Assembly (NCBI GenBank): GCA_001949185.1
Contig: BDGG01000003.1
Coordinates: 5,081,092-5,145,091 of the forward strand
Direction: 5' to 3'
Origin: Ramazzottius varieornatus
Taxonomy: Eukaryota > Animalia > Tardigrada
DNA: 64,000 nucleotides
The translations under genes and the position numbers were made by a program. Of this stretch, positions 50,837 through 63,511 are shown one piece after another (positions within the stretch are counted from its first letter, which is position 1; every line of letters begins with the position of its first letter). The notes below the pieces were generated by a model. The model saw only the letters and a list, made by a program, of their open reading frames with translations. It was not told where the DNA came from and made no database searches.

Positions 50837-52073
50837 TTATTCGGATTCGTCATCGTCGACTTCCATATGCTGCGCTCGCTTTCCGTTCACCTTTCTTCTC
50901 CGATGATCAACTCCTTCCTCGTCGCTGCTTGCCGTGAGAGCGATGCTAGGCTTCTTGTGTTTCAGCTCGTCTTCGGTGTCCTCGTCGTTCGTGCCTTCAT
51001 CGTCCTCTTCTTCGGTCGCTGCTTCCTGCAGATACAAAATAAAACCAATACTGTAACGAAGCAAACACAGACGCACGCTGCTGTGTTCCTATAGTCTGGG
51101 AGCTCGGCAAACCAACCCGACAAGACCCTTTTCCCCAACTGGCGCACGCTCTTAGTCAGTAATCCTGGAGCGTGCGCCACTCGCGAAACCAATCTTGACG
51201 AGACTGACTGGTTTCCCAAGTGGCGCATGTTGTCTGCGTTGTTGGCTGTAGGCGTGCGCCGCTTCAGAACAGCGATCTTCTCGAGTTTGATCGCAGACTC
51301 CATCTAGCGTTCAAGTCACTTCAACTACTACCTCCAATGTGACTTACTTCGTCGTCCGTATCTCCAGCGTCTTCATCATCCCCTCCCGACTCATCCAGTG
51401 GTTCATCGTAGGTATTCACACCGGACGACTGTGAATGCTGCGCTGCGTTCTTCTGCGCTATCCTCTGCTTGGCCAGATTGACAGAAGCATTGACCGTTCC
51501 GGCCAGCCTCACAAACTTGTCCAAATTCTTCGTACGACGGTCCCCATGCACATAGATATCCCTCAGGATTTCAGCCAGGTTGGGCAATGTGGTCAAGTAG
51601 GACGATCGGATGGTCAGCGTTAGCGACAACCACACTAACGGAGCCTTGTTCGGTTTGGGCCTTTCTTCTGCACACATCTTGCCTAGATACTGAATTAAAG
51701 GAATCACATACTGTAAGGGAAGCAGCTCCACGGTTTTCCGTATCAGCTTTTCCTCACTGCGACTGAGGACAGTTTGTAGAAGGGACGCGTCGTTGCTCTT
51801 CAAGCCTTGCTCCAGCAGTATCGCCAAGCTATCGGCTTTCGGTGGTCCATGCTCCACAACCTCGCTTGTCACTCCGAGATCTTTCTGCAGACGGTCACCG
51901 AGGGATGGTTCGGCAGGAAGGGTTGCTTCGAAGAAGGTTTGGACGTCGTGAGGAGTCTTGTCGAAGGTAGATGAGCCCTTGGTGGAGAGTGAACGAGGCA
52001 CACCATAGACGACGGCAGCTTCGGCCACTGCTCCAGTGTCCACTGAGCTCTTCTTCGCCTTGCTCTTCGGCAT
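50837..52073 (-). CDS. WDR43: WDR43/Utp5-like protein (Utp12 domain plus acidic tail)
   Basis: PPKADSLAILLEQGLKSND..LLQTVL, LIRKTVELLPLQYVIPLI, SSYLTTLPNL, LDKFVRLAG. Two exons (52073-~51349 and ~51025-50837). Confidence 0.78.
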
Positions 52074-52692
52074 GGTCGGCCCGGTGCGTCCTTTGTATAC
52101 CCAATTCCTCCAGCGAAGCGTTCCGGAAAGAAAACAGACGGAGAGTCGAAGACACACCAGGGAACAACCGGAAGTGCGAAGAAAAGAAAATTAAATCCGA
52201 AAAATTTCGCAATTTCTCTAGTCTCCAGTCTCAACTCTCCACTCCAAAGTAACAAACTGGAAGTAGTACTTGAGACCCTCTGCAACAAAAGTCCCCGATC
52301 AGCACTATCGTCAGCAGCGTGATACGTCATAAACTGCGCGGAATCCGCCGTTGTTGCGGGATAAAACATTGGAAAGATTTATGACGTAGTGATATTTTAA
52401 CCACCCAAACCGTGCCGCTGTTATGATTGGTTGTGCTTCTTTCGATAAACAAATTATGAACGCTTTTACACCTTGACAACCAATCAGCAAGCACTCGGGT
52501 AGGAACGATTGATGGTACCTCCCACCGTTAGCCTGTCATTCACGAATGAATGGGCATATGTGCCTTGCTGAAATTTTCCTCGATCACAACACCAGTCGAG
52601 GTAGGCTTCCTCGTAGTGATCCCTCCATCTTCTGCATCGCCACAGGATCTCTGGAAGACATCTTGGGGCAATTGGCCTCAACCAGGAGCACC

Positions 52693-55600
52693 ATGATGGA
52701 GACGGAAAAGGAGTTAAGCCAGGATATCACCGGTAAGCATCGCTGTCATTGTTGCTCTTTGTTGACGCTGGATATCCATCCAAGCGTGAATCAACGGAAG
52801 TCATCGGTATCAACTGGCCATTTATCAGTGCGTTTCGAGAGGGAGAAGAGTATCCGATGGTCTACGTGATACCTCTGAGGATATGTTCCACCACTTGATG
52901 CCAATTTGTGGTGGTGATGGGTCATGGCTGAGTCAGCTGCGCATGATGGACCTACCTTGAAAAGATTATTGATAATTTACGCCTCAGTCAATACGTTCCA
53001 GATTCATTGATCGTCCTTCTGTCTTCACTATATCTTAATGGCGTTATTGTGCCGCTTTGCAGATAGCGTCCGGGAAGTGATTGGAAGGAAAGTGAAGATA
53101 TCCTTGCTGGCTCCTGTTCGATGGGAAAATAAACCAGAGAAATTCGAACAGCGCATTCTGGTTTGTTTCTTGCTCCAAATCAGAAAATTTTTCTCGGTTT
53201 TACCTACATGCGTGCTGATTCTTGCTTTGTTTTTCCTAGGCTTTCACCGCATGTCGCTTATTTATCTTGACTGCGAAAGTTCCTAGCAAGGTTAGCGATT
53301 TTATTAATAAGGCTTCTGCGACCTGGCAGAAGAAACAGCTCACCGTCAGAAATTCCTCCTCGACCATAGAAAAGAGGATTAGCTTTCATTGAAGTCGTGT
53401 TCATTTTAACAATAGGTGTCTTTGTTGAGGAAGCAAGAAAAAGTTATGAGTGAAAGTCTTTGTTTTGTAGATTGACTTCACCTTCAACTATTTGGATTTG
53501 GAGGTGATCGAAAGCAAGAAACCCAACCAGGCAAGTTTCTCGCCCTTCTCGAAATTGGTCCATCACGATACACTCTCGACGATTAGTATGATTCTCGTAC
53601 TGAGCTATCGTATTCTTTTCTACAGTTCTTTCTCACGGTCGATGGCAAGATCCAGAAATTTTATACGGCTGGTTCGAGCAGTGAGCGAGTGGACCAAATG
53701 ATCATGCAGCTCGTCACGGCTATTCGCTCAATTTTCCCCACCGCACCTTTCGAGTAAGTGAATTTATTCCAGGAAACGAGAACAATATTTCGAGCCTGTT
53801 CCGAGAGTAACAACAATGCTCGGCAAATATTTAGATAAGGTTGTATTTGCAAGTGGCGTATGTTTTCAGTCTAGTTGGCCGGATCGTGCGCCACTCGAAA
53901 AATTTTCGAACCGGACGAGTTCGACTGTTTTCCCAAGTGGCGCACCTCTTCACTGATGTTCACTGAAAGCATGCGTCACTTGAAAAAACGATCTTGCCGA
54001 GTTTACTTTCCAAATCATTTCATGGTTCGTGATGGCTTCGACGACCCATCGTTAAGTTACGGCGATGATTTTTTTTGACGCTATAATTAGCATATCCGCC
54101 TGATCGATCAACCCAGTAATTTTTCCACCTGCGCGTTCCTTCCGTGTTTACATCTGAACTAATTCCTTTTTTTCCCATCTAGGAGGATCGTGCGTAAGGT
54201 GGATTTCCTCCCTCCGGAAAGGCTCTCCGACTTGCTTCTGGACGACGTGGAAGAACGGGACTGCGGGCCTTGCGGTGGATATTCGCGCATGTACGCCTGC
54301 ATGTGCGATTACCACTGTTTGCCCTACAGGGAAGAGGTAGCTTGGGACGTGGACACCATCTATCATGCCCACAATACTCGCGAGTTTTGCCTGCAAGACT
54401 TTGATCACCTGGAACCACGGTAAGTGACGCTTGGCTGTGTCCTAGTTTCACAAAAGGATGGTTTAGTCAATGTGTCTTCTTGCTTGTTTGCACAGCGATT
54501 TGATTCCCATCATTTCGGCACTGGAGCATAACACTTGGTTCACTCGTCTAAAAGCAAGCAACATCAAGCTGGTAAGCCCTAACTTGTTATCGTCTGGATG
54601 ATGTCAGTTGACGCTTGATCGATTTTCCCCTTGATCCTTCCTTGTCATGTGAATATCGGAACTAATTTACTACCCATTTTTCAGCCACCTGCATACACAT
54701 AGTTTCGCACTTGGTACGGTTGACGGTATGCAGGTGGCTGCGGTGTGTCGTATACCCTATGGGCGGTTGTAATAGAAACCAGATTGGGCTTACTGTCTGT
54801 TCAATGTTGGACCACTTCGGTTTCTATTTCAAAGTGTCGTTCAGGCTGATATTACATGGGGGTGTTTGTCTTTTCATGTAGCTACCGGAGGCGGCGGAGC
54901 AGATTATCAGGGTAATGAAGAAGTCCACGAGTATCGAAGAGCTGTGCCTGGACAATATTGGCATGAAAGGGTGGGTCAAATTAGCTGGCCGTTCATTCCA
55001 TTGAGTTTCCCCCACCGGTCTCCTCCTCCTCCTTCGCTTTGAAATTTCCTAACTCGCTACCACATCCGTTTATCATTTTTCTTTCTCTCCAGGGATTTTG
55101 TCCACAGACTCTCCATGGCGCTTATATCCAACAGCAGCACAGCCGTACACACCCTCAATTTTTCCAGCAATTTTATCGAAGACAAAGGTACCAAGTCAGA
55201 AACTCGGAACATGGATGACCAGCAATTCGCATAAGAATTATTAATAGAACGCAGGCAAAGGATTTTACCCAGATCGTTTTTTCGAGTGGCACATACTCGC
55301 TGGTTATTAGCTGCAAGGGTGCGCCACTTGGGAAAACGACCTGGTCGTGTTTGTTTTCCAAGTGGCGCTCCTTTTCTTTGTTTTTTTGGCCAAGAGAATG
55401 CACCATTGGGGACACGATCTAGGTGAAATAATCTGCCCAATGCCTTCGGTTGGGGTTCAGGAATAAGTCTGTGTTTGTACAGTATTTCCTGCTTGTACAA
55501 ACTGTCCACATGTGTTCCGCACCGCTAATTCTAGCTTGCACCGTTTCAGTGTTGCTTACAAATAACTCCGCTTTCTAGGTTCTGCTACCGGTGCACCTTC

Positions 55601-58600
55601 CGGCTTGTGTGGATTTCTAGCTAAAGCGGCTCCCGTAAACACCGCAGGTCACTTTCTCATTTTCTTCGGATCTTGTGGGTCTTTGGTGTTTTCTCGCACT
55701 TGATTCTTGCATGTTTTGCTTGTCCGTCTGATTTTCTTGTGGTGGTACGAATGCTACTATTGTATGTTTCGCGCTTGTGTGCCCGTGTATTTTGTTTATT
55801 CAATAGAGCGAACAGTGAACAGTGATACCGAAGACTAATGTTACACCACAGAAAGAAGCTCAAGTGAGTGTTTTTGTAGGTGCGAATCACTTGAGCGGAC
55901 CCATTTGCAAAGCGACGAAAGGCCTGCATGGGCTGCATCTGTCGCGGACACTGCTAAGCAGCAAAGGCGTCAATGCCGTGGCCCACGCCCTGACACTGAA
56001 TAAATTTATGGCCACTACCCTCAAAACACTCAACTTGGCGGAAAACTCTTTACGTGATGACATTTCGGTTGGTGGACAACAATCAATTCTTATGGGAATT
56101 TTACCTTAATGAGTACAGATACAGTAAATGCCTAGACTGGTATCTCAAGTGGCGCACGCTCTCGTTGTCTTTGGCTAAGAGCGTGCGCCACGTGATGAGC
56201 GCCGGATAATTCGGTTTTCTACGTCCCAAATTTTTTCAATATGAAATTTTCTTTGATTTTGTTCGATGGTGAGAGTATCCTGCGGGTAGTAAAAAAACGG
56301 TGAAATTTGACTTTGTAATTTTTCTGAGTGGAAATTTCATTTGCGAAATATTTTTGACTGGAGTTTCTCTGAGAAAAAGATCGTTTTGTAAATTGATATT
56401 TTTCACGCCTGGTCAACATGTCACATTGCCTTCTCTAACTACCATTTTAATTCATCATATTCTCTGTCTTGTAGCATTTACTGCGATTTTTGGGGCAGCC
56501 AAACACGGTGACCCATTTGGATTTGTCAGGGACCGAGTGCAATCTCGACAACGTATGTAACGAGCTGCTGAGTGACGGTTGGGGAAAATGACGTTAGAAA
56601 TCTTAGTGTAAATGTTCATGTTGTTATTGCAGCTATTTCTGTCGCTGTCGACCGGCTGTCATTCACATCTGTCACATTTGAACGTCTCACGAAATGCCTT
56701 TGCCGCCCGCAAAAAGGACAATTCACCGGCTGCCACTCAACCGCTCAAACAGTTTTTTACCTCGGCCAAATCCTTAAAGGCGGTCGACCTCTCGGCCACA
56801 AGACTTGCCAGCGACACACTAAAGTATGAACAAGTCTTCCTTGTTTTCATTTACTCAACCATATCTTTCGAGAATGAGTTTTTTGTCACGAAGTGGCAAA
56901 AAACTGGTGAACATCGCACACCTGCGCACTGGCAGCGTTTTCAGTTATCCCGCGTCATGGTATGCAGGTGGGTGAAACATGGCTAGACCGAGTTTTCATG
57001 TACCCGCATACCGTTCGCCGGGTAGTTGTTGCGTATTACGTTATTCAGGTGCGTGATGGCCAGGCCAGGCTCTTTGCTGGCTTGCTATTCACCTTCGATG
57101 GACTCTAAAGAGGCTCTTTCTTTCTTTCTCTCTTCCCCAACGTATTCTGCGATTGCTGATCAGTCTGTTCTTTCTTAGGTCGCTGCTGTTGGGTTTCGCC
57201 AGCAATCCTCACCTGTCCGACGTTAAGCTCAACCTCAGCTGCAACGACTTCCGGTCGAACCAAGCCACGCAGATAATGGAAACCTGTCTTCCTGACATAC
57301 CCTGCATTTCTTCGCTTGACTTGAGCGACAGCAGTAGGTTTCGCTTTTCTCTTTGATGAGCGGCCTTCGACGCGGAACTTTGGCGGGTTGACTGACTTCC
57401 GTTTTACTGTTGTAGACCTCGATCATGAGTTTTCCGTCGCAGTGCTGGCCATTGCGAGAAACTCGTACCTCCGAGAACTGAGCTTGGCACGCAACTTTCA
57501 AGGCATCAAACCCAAGTAAGTCCGAACGGCGTCGGGTAACATGAAATACTGTTCACTTATACTGACCATCGGCAGGAACTTGCCACAACTTTTGAATGCC
57601 TTGGTCCACCTCATACACGACGAAGATTCGGTAAGTGCACTTGAAGGCTCCTTAGCTCAGTGATGCTAGCTTCGTGATTAACGAGTCTTTTCGTCGCTTT
57701 CCAGAAACTGCAGCATCTTTCGCTAGCGGATTGCAGACTGAGAAACGGCACCGGCCTGGTGCTCAGCGCACTCGGTAGCAACCAGTACTTGAAGTCCATC
57801 GACATAAGGTGAGGCGAAAATGATTGAGTGAATTTTTCCGCATCAATGGAATTGGGGGGAAAGTATTCGAAGTATGGTGTTGCTTTTCAGCGGAAACCAA
57901 ATTGCCGATAGCGGAGCGAGGATCCTTGCCAAAGCTCTGCAAGTCAACGCAAAGCTGAGCACGATCGCTTTGGACAATAACGGCATCACCCATGCCGGCT
58001 ACCAAGACATCGCTTTCGCCATGGAGAAGAACCATTCAGTCCGCCACATTCCGTATCCGGTCTTTGATGCGGCCACTTCCATGAAACTGGTACCCGACCG
58101 CTTCGCCACCGTCTTTCACGAGGTGAGGCCTTTTTTCCTGGTGCCGTCTTCCAGTGTCCATGTTGTCATGCCGTAGATTGAGAAATTGCTGTGGAGAAAC
58201 CAAGAGCCGCAGACCAAGTCCAACGAGCGCATTGTTCGATTGAAGCAGGGCGTGGTGTTCTCCAACTCTCAGCAGATGGTGGACCAGCTGATCTGCCAAG
58301 TGCAAGATAGTATCGACACCTTACAAAGGTGTCCCGCTGTCGACCAACTGGACACTTCCGGTCTGGAGCACGAAGGCGCCGAGTTGATCGCCGACGCCAA
58401 CCACTACAAGCAGGCAAGAATGAAGGCGACGTTGGTAAACAGATGCCCAGAAATCGTTATTTCAAGCGGCGCACGCTCTCCTGTTTGTCTGCTGAAAGCG
58501 TGCGCCACTTGGCAGAACGATCTCACGATTCGACAGGATTATTTTTCCAAGTGGCGCACGTTTGCGGTTTTATTGGCGGGGAGTGTGCGCCACTTGGGAG

Positions 58601-61206
58601 AATAACCTGGTACAAGTCCTTTACCGAGAGGCGGATTACTGACACCGTCTCGTCTGTCACCTATTTCGCTCATATAATGTCTTCGTTTCGTAGTTTCTCT
58701 ATACGTTGCACGAAGCGACGAACCAAAGTTCCCAGTACACGGATGCCGTGGAGAACCTCCTGATGTACTTCGTCACGCAGCTAAACCAGAGCGTCGACAT
58801 GCAGCTGAAAGAGGCAGTCGACAATCTGTGTGCCAAAGCCGAGCAAATCTACCCACAAATATTCCAGAAGAAGAAGGTGAGCGGGTTTTATCAATAGTTT
58901 AGCCATTGAGTTTCGTAGACTTGGCTTTATTGGTTTCGTTGTTGTGGCAGAGCTTTCGAGGAGATCTGGTGGCGTCGGCCCGAATTCCTCAGGACTTCCT
59001 GATACAACTTGTGATACGACAGCTTGGTGATGACGTGGAGGCCAAGATGAGGTATGTTGAAATTCGGCAAAAGTAATACCCGTCTTGATGATGTGTCTTA
59101 CTTTGCAGTGAGGTGATGCTGAGTGCCGGAAGTCGTCTTTCAGACAGGGTGTTAGAGGATATCATCAAAAGCATGTCCAGGTGCCAGAACCTCCTGAACA
59201 ACGCCATTAAACTGAACTCGGAATGGTACAATTCCAAGGGGACGAAGAGCAAGAAGGACGCTGTCAACGGCTTCTCGGAGAAACATGTCGAGGTGTGTAG
59301 ACACCTTTCTTTTTAACCAGTCTTCTCTGGATCAAGCTAGTACTTTTTTCCCCCAGAACGGCCACCATCGGTCGGCTTTCTTCTCTCGCAAGATCAATCT
59401 CCGTCCACAGAGCATTGCCGGCAACGACGCTGATCTGCAGGCCATCGAAGAAGCTCTTCGCATCGACCACATTCGCGAGGCGCCTCCTTCACCCACCGAG
59501 ATACCTCAAGAAGAGCCAAAGAACCTCCACAAGCTGGAGCACATCAACAAGAACCGTCCAAAGCCCAAACGCAACAATCCGGCCACCAAGTTTCCCTCCG
59601 CCAACACTGCCCTTTCAGACGATCCCTCCGCCATCGTCGATGATGGTCTTGGCCACTTCTTCTCGTCCACAGAACGAGCCCTCACTTCCGCCAACCGACT
59701 TTCCTGGACTAAATCAGCCGAAGCAGCGGCCATGCAGCTTCCAGTCTTTGTCGCCAGTCCTTCCACAACTCGAAAGAATCACACGGTAAAATCAAAGTAA
59801 AACAAGAAGGCCACAAGAGCGTTTTTCGAAGTGGCGCATGCTTGTAGCCTACCGCTGCGGAAAAGTGCGCCACCCACAAGACCGCGATCGTAACTCGCGC
59901 ACGCTGTCAGCCAATTGCAATGAAAGCGTGCGCTACTTGACAATGCAACTAAGTTGATCTGATTGACTCCCCAAGTGTCACACATTTACAGTGTTATTAG
60001 CTGTAAGCGCGCGCCAATTGAGATTAAGATCTTGTACGTTTCATCATGACCTCCCAAATGAAACTAGATATCTTATAGGTGCCGGAAGAAGTTACAGTTA
60101 GAAGGTACTTCGAAGCCGTCCACGAGGAGCCCGACTCGGTTGATACCCCGACGGCCAGTAAGCCTCCGCCTGCTGGCTCAGACAGAGGCCTGTCGGCGAG
60201 TATGCTGGCTGAGATCAAAGCCAAACAGGAAGCAAGAGCTTCGGGTATTTTTAACTTGAACGTTGGCAACTTGAGCAACGGAGATCATAACAGTAGAAGC
60301 CGCAGTTCACCACCACCGGTTACCCCGAAACCGAAAGCCCGAGCTGGAAGCGGACGGAAGTCGTCTGGTTCCCGGTTACTCAGCTGCGTTTCCGGAGGTA
60401 GGAAGGCTTGGAAAAATATTCGATGAAACTACTTGAGTAACCGGAAGTAATATTCTCAGATGAGCCCGACCACACAAACCATGCTTCGCCGCCGTCGCCG
60501 ACAGCCGGTACTCCCTTGTCGAATACTCCTGATAGCTGTGACAACCTCGATGCCAACAGCATTGGTTCAGACTCTGGGGTGGCGAACGACCACGGTTCGC
60601 ACAAGTCAGTTCGCGCACTGGTATCCAGTCTGGAAACGGGAACTGGTGAGGATGTGGACATGATGCGGAAAGGCGCTTCCCTGCCTCGAAATCTTCTCTC
60701 CGGTGAGTACAGCGTTCACCTGACCATTCACAACCTCGGCAAACAAAACCGACAAATCCCTTCTTCCAAGAGGCGCACGCTTTCAGCTATTCATAGTGAA
60801 AATCTGCCCCACTTCGGAAAAGAATAAAACATAACAAGTTTAGTCTTCTAGGTGGCGCACGCTTTCAACCAGTTACACCGGAAATGTGCGCCACTTTCGA
60901 AAAACATTTATCGAGTGTTTATCGAGCTCCGTACAGTATTTTCGATTCGTTGATTAATCTGGTGATATTTTAGGTCATGTGATGCGGTCGAAGTCCCTCC
61001 GGTCTCCTGACACGCCCATCGCACCAGAGCTGACGACTTCCCTCACAATTCCTTCCAAACATTCTTCTCCTGCCACACCCGAGCAACCTTCTCGAGGTCT
61101 CAGAATCAAAGACCGTGTGAAAAGTCTTTTCCATGACGGTTCGAACAAGGAAATGAAAGCTTCACCGACGGCAGCTGATAGCAAAGCCAAAGTAGTTGAT
61201 TTCTAA
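52693..61206 (+). CDS. CARMIL1: CARMIL / LRRC16 capping-protein regulator
   Basis: [54 protein letters not shown], an LRR series ([20 protein letters not shown]), CPI-like [10 protein letters not shown] and [10 protein letters not shown]; more than 20 exons. Confidence 0.93.
54682..54740. repeat. Family B unit with 15-bp perfect arms
   Basis: CAGCCACCTGCATAC-N29-GTATGCAGGTGGCTG in a CARMIL intron; two more units at 56920-57050. Confidence 0.85.
59826..60020. repeat. Family A array (3 units) in a CARMIL intron
   Basis: Three diverged units. Other CARMIL introns carry copies at 53850-53983, 55282-55335, 56146-56194, 58462-58598 and 60766-60896. Confidence 0.85.
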
Positions 61207-61455
61207 CTGCACAGTTTCAGTCCGCAGATTTTTTAGCGAAGTTAGCTCGACACTTGATATCGTTCTGGCATGCTCCGTAGTTCGCTCGGTCCTGTTCTTT
61301 TTTACTTTTATATTTTTAAAGAGGACAGAAATTTACTTGTGGTAATTTTTACATAGCTTTCCTACACCTTTGCCAAATTTTAGATTCACGCAGTACAGCT
61401 TGAAATTTACCTTCCACGTATAAATTGAATCATATTCCGAATATATTTGGATTTC

Positions 61456-61562
61456 GGCAAACAAACTCGGTCGATCGTTTGCCTAAGTGACGCACGTTTT
61501 CAGTGATATCGGCTGGTGACGTGCGCCACTTGGATTAACGATCTGGTCGAGTTTGTTTGCCA
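61456..61562. repeat. Full-length family A palindrome (~105 bp) between convergent genes
   Basis: GGCAAACAAACTCG..GATCGTT..AAGTGACGCAC-N25-GTGCGCCACTT..AACGATC..CGAGTTTGTTTGCC. Confidence 0.9.
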
Positions 61563-61801
61563 AGGTTCCATTTTACGTCTCATTCCGGGGCCGTAAACAG
61601 GTATGGTTTATCGTCAGACGAGGAAAATCACACATGAGAGAGAACAAAAAATATAGAATTGAACCATTTACACACATAAGTTAGAAGCTTAAAAGCGCGA
61701 AAGAAGTGAAAGATCTTTCCATCATGGGTGAAAAGAAATAAATGTCAAAATTAAATCACATATTTCTGTAATGAAGGAAATCAACGATGAAAAACTTGAA
61801 A

Positions 61802-63511
61802 CTATTCTCTAGTTTGATAAAACAGAATATAGCCAGTCTCTGAGTTCTTTTGGAGGTCGGAAGTCAGACCGTAAAAGTCTTCCACGGCCGACGGTTCAAT
61901 TCTTTCCACGACATCATCGTCGAACAACAACCAGACATTATTGGAAGTCTTGACAATACTGATGTAATGCCCTCTGTTGGGTCCACTTCCACAATGGACC
62001 ACCACGGCCACCAAATCGTACAGCTTCTCTGGGTTCAAACAGTCATTGGAAGTGTTGAAAAGCCTCAGTTCCAACGGGAAGACTACTCGGTAGGACAGTT
62101 TAGTGTAGCGACTCAACTGGTCGACATATTTGAACCTCTTGAGGTGTATGGCAAGTATCTTAGGAAGCTTCTTCAAGCGCATACACTTGGTGGCTTCCTG
62201 TTTGGCACAACATGTCTCGCAGAAGTACTTCTGTTCACTTGATAGCGTCTCTGTGCTACTAAAACCTCGTAAACACGCTGATAAAGAGGTATGTTGATCA
62301 ATGTCGACGGACAGGTCGAGAAAGTCCTCGTCTTTACTGCTGACGGTCTCGCAGTTTAGACACTTGGTTTCGTTGGTTAACGTGCCTTGAAAGATTTCAT
62401 GGATCCAGGTCAGGTCGACCTTCTCACCGTTGGAGTTGAGTCCGCCGTTGCGGAACTCTACGGCTGGAAGGGGCTTGGATGGCGCTGAAGTACCGTTGGG
62501 CGAATTCAGACCGGCTTTTTCCGCTTGAAGAGTATCACCTACAAGGTCCAATAATAACATAATCAGTAAAACATCCTAAAAGATTGAGAAAGTGAGATCA
62601 TGTGAATAAAACATTAATACGTTGGAACCCTTCACACACCTGCATACCGCAAACGGCACTGTTAGACGTACTATCGTGTACGCAGGTCTGGGCAGTGAGC
62701 TCACTTTCCCGCACCTGCATACCCAAACTTATTGTCCGATGTACTGCTGACGTGCGATGTACTGCTACAATGTACGTGCGATGTACTGTCCGATGTACAG
62801 TACTGCTACGCAGGAGTGCGTAAGTGAATACAATACGCACACCTGCTAACAGGCGACCCATGGTTTCTATGCGGGTTAGAGTATGCAGGTGGCCGGAAAG
62901 CTGGCACATTCTGTTCACAACGTACCGATGTAATTTAGGAGGTAGTTTAGAAATTCATGAGCGTCTTGCTGCATGAAATTATCGAAAGCTTCGTTCTCTT
63001 TGCGTAGTCGAGCGATGAATTTCTTTGGTGCGATAGTGCCCAGTTTCTTCTTCTGGCTGACGATGTTGAAGAACAGGTCGGACAAGCAACTCAGGAGGTT
63101 CTCTTTCGCTCTTTTATTCTCCACTCTGTACTGCAGGACTCTTTCGCGGAAGGGCCGACAGAAGTACAGAGCTTGCAGAACTGAGTTGCAGTAGCAGGTA
63201 TTGCCGAAGTTAACCTGCAGAGAGAAGAAAAGTCACTTAACCCACTTTGAATCAATCCACAGTCCGATGAACGAAACTATCGTGCCCTCCCCAAACACGC
63301 CCATGACGTCACAGCGGAGCCATGCAATATAACGTAGGCAAGCAGGCACCACACATGTAAACCAAGACGTCACTGCGTGAGTGAAGCTAGGACTTTATAT
63401 TCCACTCACCAGACCGTAATAACGTTCATTGGCGGAGATGGGTTCTGCTCCCAGCTCTTTCTCCAGCTGCGAAGCGTTGTTGCCCATCCCCAGCTTCTTG
63501 AGCCTGAACAT
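61802..63511 (-). CDS. USP12: Ubiquitin carboxyl-terminal hydrolase 12/46
   Basis: [67 protein letters not shown]. Start is ATG 63511 or 63487. Confidence 0.93.
62638..62890. repeat. Family B array (3 units) in the USP12/46 intron
   Basis: Three ACCTGC...GCAGG units; the middle spacer is expanded by CGATGTAC(TG) repeats. Confidence 0.82.
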
